Assembly: GCA_964446245.1 (NCBI GenBank)
Contig: CAYUNI010000004.1
Coordinates: 1 to 44,158 of the forward strand
Direction: 5' to 3'
Origin: an uncultured Candidatus Saccharibacteria bacterium
Lineage (GTDB): Bacteria; Patescibacteriota; Minisyncoccia; Phycocordibacterales; XYD1-FULL-46-19
Length of the DNA: 44,158 nucleotides
Shown here: positions 1 to 5,909 of the stretch, in pieces
How the letters are laid out: every line of letters starts with the position of its first letter
Numbering within the stretch: position 1 is the stretch's first letter
Made by a program: the position numbers and the translations under genes
Notes under the pieces: model-generated
Told to the model about the DNA's origin: nothing
The model's input: the letters and a program-made list of their open reading frames with translations, nothing else
The model's database searches: none

Positions 1-655
1 CTTGTTTACTAAATATCAATTCTATCAATTCATAAGCTTCATCAACTGTATCAGCTATATAAATATCGTCACTTTTTTCTATCAAACTTTTAAACCTCTG
101 ATTTAAAGTATCTATGTATTGCCGACCAACAAATACAATAGGTGATCCTTTTATTTTAAACATTCCCTTAAGTTTTTTATCAAAATGTACTCCAGCAAGT
201 ACCTCAACCTCCGTTCCAGTATCTCCTGGCAAAATAACGATGGCATTACTGTCTTCTATCAGTTTTCCTAATCTAAGATAAACATCATATTGCCCCTCAG
301 CAACATCAACTTTGATATTTTCACCTTTAGTCGCCATTTCAATTGGTGCAAATCTTTCAGCGGTAATACCTTTAATCATAGGAGTAGCTTGAGCTAAAAA
401 ATCCTGATTTTTAGGGTCGGCTTGCAATTCCCTTATTGCAGCATCCGCACCCTCTAACGCTCCTTTCATGGCACCCATATTATATCCACCAGTTGAAACA
501 GAAAAATAATTTTTTGATAATTTATAACCTAATTCTCTTGCATCGCCTTCGGATTGATTACCTCCCAATACACTAACCACAAAATTGGCTCTTTCATTTT
601 TGTCTTTTAGTTCTGGATTATCGTCTAGAAAAAGATCTAATTGTTCGGTAGGCAT
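1..655 (-). CDS. LOG / TIGR00730-family (lysine-decarboxylase-like) nucleotide-binding protein; N-terminus complete, C-terminus runs off the window
   Basis: Not in the supplied ORF track because it is open at the window edge. Hand translation of the reverse strand from ATG 655..653 gives MPTEQLDLFLDDNPELKDKNERANFVVSVLGGNQSEGDARELGYKLSKNYFSVSTGGYNMGAMKGALEGA...NAIVILPGDTGTEVEVLAGVHF. The GGxxGxM and PGxxGTxxE blocks are the LOG-family signature; the second block has D where G is usual. Confidence 0.6.
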   Translation of the reverse strand, partial: MPTEQLDLFLDDNPELKDKNERANFVVSVLGGNQSEGDARELGYKLSKNYFSVSTGGYNMGAMKGALEGADAAIRELQADPKNQDFLAQATPMIKGITAERFAPIEMATKGENIKVDVAEGQYDVYLRLGKLIEDSNAIVILPGDTGTEVEVLAGVHFDKKLKGMFKIKGSPIVFVGRQYIDTLNQRFKSLIEKSDDIYIADTVDEAYELIELIFSKQ

Positions 656-840
656 TTTTTATTTAAATTATTCATAATTATTAAAAATTTTATAACACAC
701 AAAACCTCTAACAATTAACGATATAATAACAGATTTTTAATTTATTTACTAGCCAAAAACCAAAAAGAAAAGCTCGCCCACATTCCTCCCCAAACCCCTC
801 CTGCGGGCGGACAAAATCCCCAAACAAACCAGAAATCAGA

Positions 841-891
841 CTCGGAAAAGTGAAATCCGAATCCCCAAAAAATCGTTTTCACTTTTCCGAG
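841..891. repeat. Perfect 15-bp inverted repeat (stem-loop with a 21-nt loop) in a non-coding gap
   Basis: ctcggaaaagtgaaa (841-855) is the exact reverse complement of tttcacttttccgag (877-891). No ORF overlaps it. Confidence 0.9.
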
Positions 892-1060
892 TCCAAATCT
901 AGCCCCGCCAACTGACCGAGACCTTGAGGGCAGAACACTAGAAACAAAATTTTATTTTCCATTTAAAAGAAATCTTTTCCGCGCGCCAAATCGGGAAATG
1001 CAAGAAAATTTTGCTTCTGGTGTCCGACGAGTCCGCGAGGCGGGTGGCATGGATGAGGTG

Positions 1061-1086
1061 ACCGGTTCGATCCCGGGATGGTCCAC
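1061..1086 (+). other. Orphan tRNA/tmRNA-like 3' segment (T-arm plus 3' acceptor strand) with no matching 5' acceptor strand
   Basis: accgg-TTCGATC-ccggg has a consensus T-loop with 4 Watson-Crick pairs plus one A/G mismatch, followed by atggtcc-a-c. The T at the position-70 equivalent and the CC-A ending resemble tRNA-Ala/tmRNA. A hand search of 656-1060 on both strands for GG[AG][CT][CT][AG]T found no partner strand. Confidence 0.35.
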
Positions 1087-1141
1087 AAATTTACTTTTAA
1101 ACAAATGAGCTAATGACCTTAAGGTTATTTTTTTAGAATAA

Positions 1142-2263
1142 TCATTTAATAGGAATCAAAGAGCCATCTTTAACCTCCACGTTCACAATTTCTGGATTAA
1201 TTTCCTGATAATTAGAAATAGTAATATCACCAAAAAGAGTTTTTAACGGGTTTATAGAAAGAACAGCTTTCTCCAGGTTTTTTCTTCCGTTATTCTTTTC
1301 AATATTATCAATCAAATTAACTGATTCATAACCAAATAAAGCCGCCCAATACGCTTCCTTATTATTATTTTTCTGATATTCAGCGAAAAAGTTTACAACC
1401 TCTGGACTCTTATCTTTTAATTCTGCAACGGTTGCTTTAGTAATTACTCCCTCCACATTATTATTTGGGTTTTTATATACATTAGGATTTGATAGGGCAA
1501 TTGAGGAATCAAATAATTTTGCCTTAATGCCAACCTCTTTTGATTGTTTAATAATATTTGATATTTCAACAGGGCTAGATGAAATAACCGAAAGAATATC
1601 TGAATTTGAAAATTTTATTTTTGTAAGATATGTTCTAAAATCACTAGTTGAAGGAACATAGTTTTCCTGTGATAATAGGGCTATATTCTTTTCAGCTAAA
1701 AATGATTCTAATTCCTTCAAAACAGATTTTCCATAGTCATCATTTACATATATAACAGAAGCTGTCTTTACACCCGTTAAAACACTAGAGCCATCTTCTC
1801 CTCTAACATACTGCCTTGGTGTAGAGAAAAATCTTATAGCATATGGGGACTTAGTCTTATCCCAATCACCAGCAAAAATAGTCATAATCATCGGTACTTT
1901 ATCCTTAGCCGTCATTTCAATCAACGGGAGACTTACTCTAGTGAAAGCAGAAACAATATAATCAACCTTTTCAACATCAACTAATCTTCTGTAAGCAGAA
2001 ATACCCGTGACAGGATCACCTTTGCTATCTTCATATACCAAATTTACATCGACACCTTTCTTTAATAGTTCTTGTTTTGCTATTTCAGCACCGCCTCTCA
2101 TTTGTACACCATAATCCGCAGCAGGCCCACTCAGAGGAATTATTACCCCGACTTTAATAGCGGAAATGTCCTTAGATTTGTTAGAAAAAACTGCAATTAA
2201 GATAACAACCACAACCAAAATTCCAACAATAATCAACGGCCAATAGTTTCTTTTTTGTTCCAT
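1142..2263 (-). CDS. ABC-transporter substrate-binding protein, branched-chain amino acid (LivJ/LivK-like, type I periplasmic binding fold)
   Basis: 373-aa ORF with an N-terminal membrane anchor (WPLIIVGILVVVVILIAVF). This is followed by IKVGVIIPLSGPAADYGVQMRGGAEIA...KVDYIVSAF, typical of Leu/Ile/Val-binding proteins. No permease genes are adjacent. Confidence 0.7.
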   Translation of the reverse strand: MEQKRNYWPLIIVGILVVVVILIAVFSNKSKDISAIKVGVIIPLSGPAADYGVQMRGGAEIAKQELLKKGVDVNLVYEDSKGDPVTGISAYRRLVDVEKVDYIVSAFTRVSLPLIEMTAKDKVPMIMTIFAGDWDKTKSPYAIRFFSTPRQYVRGEDGSSVLTGVKTASVIYVNDDYGKSVLKELESFLAEKNIALLSQENYVPSTSDFRTYLTKIKFSNSDILSVISSSPVEISNIIKQSKEVGIKAKLFDSSIALSNPNVYKNPNNNVEGVITKATVAELKDKSPEVVNFFAEYQKNNNKEAYWAALFGYESVNLIDNIEKNNGRKNLEKAVLSINPLKTLFGDITISNYQEINPEIVNVEVKDGSLIPIK

Positions 2264-2367
2264 AAATAATTATGAATTTAAATTAATAAATTTGATAAAT
2301 CATACTAATCAGAATCGTATCAAAGTTTGATGATAAAAACAACTTTTTCTAAACCTGATATAAAAAA

Positions 2368-3393
2368 CTAATTATCTCTAATATTTTCATCATTAATTTC
2401 ATCTATTGAATATTCAGAACGATTCATATTTCTTGTCATCTTTCCATTTGGATTAATCGTAAAATAAGTGGCTTCTTCCGGTTTTTCTTCGCCAATAGTT
2501 AGGGTACCAAAAGAAATCCGCACACCCGATGGTTTGTGTGTAAAAATAATCGTATTGCCCCATCCTCTATGTCTAATTAACGTAACACCTTTTTCTCTGG
2601 CATCTTCTGTTTTTCCAGAAACCATCACATAATCCGGATCTGCATTAATTTCATCAACTAGACCGTAGAAATCAATTCTTTGTTTATCAGAAAAATCTAA
2701 TTTTTCCATATCCTCTGGACGACCAGTTGTAGTAGTATTATCCCTCTTATCTAAATGAAACAAATCTCTAAAATAAATATCACGAACACCCATTTTTATC
2801 GCCCAAGCTATATATTTTTCTATTGTTTCTTTTGAACCAATAAAATCCTTCATCAGAGTACAATTTAAACGTAATCTAAGACCACTTTCTTCCACCTTAG
2901 AAATAACCTGCTCCGTATCCATTTTACCTACCTCTTTAGAAAGTTCCATTCTTTTATCATTTCTATAATGATGAACAGACATATTTATATCTTTCAGACC
3001 AAAATCATTCAAAAATTCTAAAAAAGTTTTATTTTGACCGTCATATTCAACTTGATCTAAAAGATGGGTTCCGTTAGTATACAGAACAATTAACTCATCT
3101 TCATATTCTTTTAAAATTTTTAAAGCCCCAAAAAGCTTTTCTGGATATTCTGTTGGCTCACCGCCGGTAAAAAGAACTTTCTTACCACCATTTAAATGAT
3201 ATTTTCTCATCTCTTCTTCGAAAGAAAGAAGAAATTCATTCGTTGTTGATTCGCAGGTTTTCGGCCTTACTTCTGTTAAACAAAACGGACATTTACCATT
3301 ACATTTGTAGCCTAAATATACTTTAGCGTCTATTCCATCGTATAAATCCTTTTCAACTATTTCGGGTAATTGTGATTGTGATTCTATTTCCAT
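2368..3393 (-). CDS. Radical SAM enzyme (MoaA-like core, no SPASM/twitch cysteines) with an uncharacterised ~110-aa C-terminal domain
   Basis: CX3CX2C cluster motif in YLGYKCNGKCPFCLTE, a GGEP block (VLFTGGEPTEYPE), and a MoaA-like LRLNCTLMKDF...GVRDIYFRDL segment. The substrate cannot be inferred. Confidence 0.7.
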   Translation of the reverse strand: MEIESQSQLPEIVEKDLYDGIDAKVYLGYKCNGKCPFCLTEVRPKTCESTTNEFLLSFEEEMRKYHLNGGKKVLFTGGEPTEYPEKLFGALKILKEYEDELIVLYTNGTHLLDQVEYDGQNKTFLEFLNDFGLKDINMSVHHYRNDKRMELSKEVGKMDTEQVISKVEESGLRLRLNCTLMKDFIGSKETIEKYIAWAIKMGVRDIYFRDLFHLDKRDNTTTTGRPEDMEKLDFSDKQRIDFYGLVDEINADPDYVMVSGKTEDAREKGVTLIRHRGWGNTIIFTHKPSGVRISFGTLTIGEEKPEEATYFTINPNGKMTRNMNRSEYSIDEINDENIRDN

Positions 3394-3438
3394 AATAGAT
3401 GTATTATAACAAAAAAGTTATAAATGAACAAAAAATAG

Positions 3439-3606
3439 TTAATTCTTCCCCAGGTATATCTTTAGAATCTCTGGATTATTATGTATTTCTGTGGGTGTTC
3501 CGGTCGCCATAATTCTACCGACGTCCATTACTATCACTTTATCAGAAATACCCAGAGTAAATGACATGTCATGCTCAATAAGTAGTATTGTTTCACCTTC
3601 TTTTTT
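3439..3606 (-). pseudogene. C-terminal remnant of a LivG/LivF-type ABC transporter ATP-binding protein
   Basis: Hand translation gives (stop)KKEGETILLIEHDMSFTLGISDKVIVMDVGRIMATGTPTEIHNNPEILKIYLGKN(stop). This carries the H-loop LLIEHDM and the characteristic GTPxEIxxNPxxxxxYLG tail. Walker A, the signature motif and Walker B are all missing. The frame is closed by an in-frame stop at 3607-3609 inside an A-run. Confidence 0.65.
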
Positions 3607-3706
3607 CTATATACTCCACCTTTCCCTAAAGAACTTTTATATTCTTTCCCTTGATAAACCAACCTTCCATTACCCCAAACTTGTATTTTGCCAATATTTT
3701 TATCAA

Positions 3707-4186
3707 TTAATTTATTTTCTCCCGCCAGTAAATCTTTTCAATGGCGCGGTAATTTTTTGTCCCCTTGGCGCCGAAAGTAATATGATGTTGGGCGATTTTT
3801 TTCGTAGATGAGCTATTGCTTATTGCTTTATCTTTAGTTAAACAAATTCCCAAATGACGATTAGATGTCCCGTTGACTACCTTTGATTCCCAAAGAATGA
3901 CTGCGCCAGACCGAGGTTTAGAAATTTCCTTCCAGCCACTTTCCAATAAATCTTTTACTGTACTGTCGACTGTCGCATGGGCAGTTTTAAGCAACTCCAA
4001 ACTATGGAGCAAAGACGACACAAAAAAGGCACACGACACTTCCCCGCCCCGCATAATATCTTTTGCTCGGCCGTTTTCTTTAATATAAAAATTTTGCCAA
4101 GTCTTAGATCCGACACTATTTTGAGCCATTGCTAACAGAGTATCTTTAAATAAAATGTTGTTTGATATTTTTGAGGAATTAGACAT
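3707..4186 (-). CDS. Hypothetical papain-fold (NlpC/P60- or CHAP-like) hydrolase
   Basis: 159-aa ORF with a candidate Cys nucleophile (GGEVSCAFFVSS) and a downstream His (GAVILWES...NRHLGICL) in the order and spacing typical of NlpC/P60/CHAP amidases. Assigned by motif pattern only. Confidence 0.4.
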   Translation of the reverse strand: MSNSSKISNNILFKDTLLAMAQNSVGSKTWQNFYIKENGRAKDIMRGGEVSCAFFVSSLLHSLELLKTAHATVDSTVKDLLESGWKEISKPRSGAVILWESKVVNGTSNRHLGICLTKDKAISNSSSTKKIAQHHITFGAKGTKNYRAIEKIYWREKIN

Positions 4187-4229
4187 AATTAGAGTTTAAA
4201 CCATTTCAAAAAAGAAAGCGATGAATTCA

Positions 4230-4345
4230 TTGTATACTTTGTACTCAGAGTGCTTGGTCACGAGTTGACAAGCAAGGCCTGCTTCGCAGTCATATCTATG
4301 TGAGCCACAATAATTTGTTTTTCGTCAAAAATGAAATTCTTCTCC
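4230..4345. repeat. Unit A of a ~127-nt-period non-coding repeat
   Basis: ttgtatactttgtactcagagtgcttggtcacgagttgacaagcaaggcctgcttcgcagtcatatctatgtgagccacaataatttg...aaatgaaattcttctcc aligns with unit B at most positions. It contains the mini-hairpin ctgc-ttc-gcag. Confidence 0.8.
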
Positions 4346-4356
4346 TTTCAAAAATA

Positions 4357-4612
4357 TTGTACACTTCGTGTTCAAAGTACTTGGTCACGAGTTACTAAAT
4401 AAGGCCTGCTTCGCAGTCATGTCTATGTGGTCGCAAATATTTTGCTCGTCGTCACTCACAAAATTTCGCCGACCGCGACTCGCCTGTTTTTGTTGCTACA
4501 AAAACATAGCTCCGTCTTCACACTTCGCTCGCAAGCAAAGTAGTTTGCTTGCTTTTCGCTCGTGTGACCCTACGGGGATTCGTCCCGCAGTCACTAAATG
4601 AAATTCTTCTCC
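4357..4612. repeat. Unit B of the same repeat, carrying a ~140-nt hairpin-rich insertion
   Basis: ttgtacacttcgtgttcaaagtacttggtcacgagttactaaataaggcctgcttcgcagtcatgtctatgtggtcgcaaatattttg... matches unit A. The shared 17-mer aaatgaaattcttctcc (4329-4345) only reappears at 4596-4612. The extra segment contains tgtttttgt/acaaaaaca and gcaagcaaa/tttgcttgc inverted repeats and a tRNA-Glu 3' fragment. Confidence 0.75.
4565..4582 (-). repeat. Direct 18-nt copy of the tRNA-Glu 3' end (T-loop C56 through the discriminator)
   Basis: tgaccctacggggattcg is identical to 4771-4788 inside the intact tRNA-Glu gene. Identity stops inside the T-loop, so it cannot fold as a T-arm. Confidence 0.9.
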
Positions 4613-4701
4613 GCCTATGGCGGTTCATCATTCATTAAGTGCTGCTGGACGCGGCTCGCCCTGCGGCTTCACTTTGTTGCGCCGGCTTTGCGGGCTCCGC
4701 C

Positions 4702-4717
4702 GTTCGAATCCCCGTAG
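4702..4717 (+). repeat. Inverted 16-nt copy of the tRNA-Glu T-arm/acceptor segment
   Basis: gttcgaatccccgtag is the exact reverse complement of 4776-4791. It is followed by tgcca, and the flanking GC-rich sequence does not complete a tRNA. Confidence 0.9.
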
Positions 4718-4721
4718 TGCC

Positions 4722-4757
4722 AAAAAAATATAATCGCCAAATACCTCCGTATTCGGC
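4722..4757 (-). terminator. Putative intrinsic terminator downstream of tRNA-Glu
   Basis: In minus sense the hairpin is GCCGAATAC-GGAG-GTATTTGGC (9 bp including one G-U). It is followed by GATTATATTTTTTT. Confidence 0.5.
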
Positions 4758-4770
4758 TCATTATTTTTTA

Positions 4771-4842
4771 TGACCCTACGGGGATTCGAACCCCGATTTC
4801 CACCGTGAGAGGGTGATGTCCTAACCATTAGACGATAGGGCC
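4771..4842 (-). tRNA. tRNA-Glu (anticodon CUC)
   Basis: Reverse complement is GGCCCTA TC GTCT AATGGTTA GGAC A TCACC CTCTCAC GGTGG AAAT CGGGG TTCGAAT CCCCG TAGGGTC A. This is a full 72-nt cloverleaf with strong similarity to bacterial tRNA-Glu (TCGTCTA..GG..AGGACA...TCACGG...GGGGTTCGAATCCCC). CCA is not encoded. Confidence 0.92.
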
Positions 4843-4879
4843 TTAATTTTACAAACTTAGCTCTTTGACCTTAAACCTC

Positions 4880-4996
4880 GTGAAAGGGTGATGTCCCTTG
4901 CCCGACACGCAAGACGAGCTTGGCGAGTCTTTCGGGCGGGCCCGCCCGAACGACTGTATCGTTCAGTCGGGCGGGTGACCATTAGACGATAGGGCC
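4880..4996 (-). pseudogene. tRNA-Glu(UUC)-like 5' half (acceptor through anticodon loop) with an 81-nt insertion in the D-loop and no 3' half
   Basis: GGCCCTATCGTCTAATGGT (4996-4978) and GGACATCACCCTTTCAC (4896-4880) match the neighbouring tRNA-Glu apart from the anticodon TTC. The bases 4897-4977 replace the 2 nt TA of the D-loop. After position 38 the sequence (GAGGTTTAAGG...) cannot form the anticodon stem or a T-arm. Confidence 0.65.
4897..4977. repeat. GC-rich twin-hairpin insertion containing a perfect 20-nt palindrome
   Basis: In minus sense, CCCGCCCGA occurs twice, TCGGGCGGG once and TCGGGC once, which allows alternative hairpins. ttcgggcgggcccgcccgaa (4931-4950) is a perfect palindrome. 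The element is very GC-rich against AT-rich flanks. Confidence 0.85.
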
Positions 4997-5210
4997 AGAG
5001 GGATAGTATATTATATGTAGTATGGCGAATAAAAAATTAAATCTTTCAGATCTTCTCCATATTGCATACTAAATACTATTAATAACTTATAACATTTTTT
5101 TAGAAAAAAGCCAATTTTTTAGCCCTTTACAAAAAACTAATTTAAGAATAATCTTTATTACAGACTTTATCGTGTGTCACAGGGGAGATGATCTTTTAAC
5201 AGGAGGGACA

Positions 5211-5840
5211 ATGATGGGAAGCGGAAGCAGGTTTTTTGAGCTTTTAAGCCTTCTCGGTGACCCCGAGAAGACAACCCCGACAGGGATTGCGATTTTGGTA
5301 GCAGGGACGCTCATCTTCGTGGTGTCCGTCATCTTCTACAAAATCCGCAAAGCAAGGCGGAATCGCCTTTGGGCAATTGAAGAGGCTATTCTGTCGGAGG
5401 ATGATGAACTGGCAAAAGGGGTCATCATCGCCTGCCAGAAACATCAGCTTCTTGATCAGTATGGGTACCCCTTGTTAGGGGAAATCCAAAAAATGGGATA
5501 CTGGTATGACTTGATGGGGATAATGGGTCATCTTATCCCCGAAAGAAATTCTTCCGCTTGGCTAGAACAGCTGGCGAAAGAACTGGTCAATCAATTCCAC
5601 GATGACCATAGTCGCCTTCGAAAAGCTTGGGAGGCGTTCACCACAGTAGCGCCTTACCACAGCCTCACCTTCGCTGGTCTGATTGACTGTCAGGTCGAAA
5701 GATGGAAAAAAGAGACCAAAGAGGAAGTCGAGAGGCTGGAGGATAATGCCAAAAAGACGAAAGTTAGGCGTCTATTGGGAATGAAGATCCCAATCACTGC
5801 CCCCGCTCCGGCCGATATCGGGGGGATACACTCCCCCTAA
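5211..5840 (+). CDS. Hypothetical single-pass membrane protein (orphan, GC-rich)
   Basis: The ORF track starts at GTG 5172. I prefer ATG 5211, which is preceded by GGAGGG 4 nt upstream. One TM segment (GIAILVAGTLIFVVSVIFY) and no recognisable domain. It is the only plus-strand gene in the first 29 kb and is visibly more GC-rich than its neighbours. Confidence 0.6.
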   Translation: MMGSGSRFFELLSLLGDPEKTTPTGIAILVAGTLIFVVSVIFYKIRKARRNRLWAIEEAILSEDDELAKGVIIACQKHQLLDQYGYPLLGEIQKMGYWYDLMGIMGHLIPERNSSAWLEQLAKELVNQFHDDHSRLRKAWEAFTTVAPYHSLTFAGLIDCQVERWKKETKEEVERLEDNAKKTKVRRLLGMKIPITAPAPADIGGIHSP

Positions 5841-5856
5841 GAAGCAGGGGAAAATA

Positions 5857-5889
5857 AGCCCCCAGCGAGACTGCCGATCGCTGGGGGCT
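5857..5889. terminator. Bidirectional intrinsic terminator between the orphan gene and murF
   Basis: agcccccagcga / tcgctgggggct form a 12-bp perfect stem with a 9-nt loop. T-rich runs follow on both strands. Confidence 0.75.
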
Positions 5890-5909
5890 ATTTCATTCTT
5901 AATTTTAGA

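Noticed and set aside
656-1141. Canonical or permuted tmRNA (ssrA) gene
   Set aside because: No 5' strand complementary to ATGGTCC exists on either strand of the gap. The GGGGCTA start is on the opposite strand and does not pair with it. No tag reading frame ends in the usual hydrophobic ...AA. Nothing follows the T-arm that could serve as a permuted coding piece.
3491-3811. 106-aa plus-strand ORF
   Set aside because: It is antisense to the ABC-ATPase remnant and to the 3' end of the papain-fold gene, and its translation is low-complexity.
4368-4601. 77-aa ORF on the plus strand
   Set aside because: It lies entirely within the hairpin-rich repeat unit B, has no SD, and is not preserved in repeat unit A.
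4331-4714. Two small plus-strand ORFs both starting MKFFS (4331 and 4598)
   Set aside because: The shared start is simply the repeated 17-mer aaatgaaattcttctcc. There is no ribosome-binding site, and the two downstream sequences are unrelated.
4628-4828. 66-aa ORF on the minus strand
   Set aside because: It overlaps the tRNA-Glu gene and the tRNA-derived repeats. The basic, Arg/Pro-rich translation is what a GC-rich structured RNA region produces by chance.
4880-4996. Group I intron or archaeal-type split/intron-containing tRNA
   Set aside because: The insertion is in the D-loop and not at 37/38 or in the anticodon loop. I could not find P/Q/R/S-like group I core elements. The 3' fragment at 4565-4582 begins only at T-loop position 56 and cannot complete the molecule.
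5172-5210. GTG start at 5172 for the orphan membrane protein
   Set aside because: ATG 5211 has a GGAGGG Shine-Dalgarno at the proper distance, and the upstream 13 codons have none.
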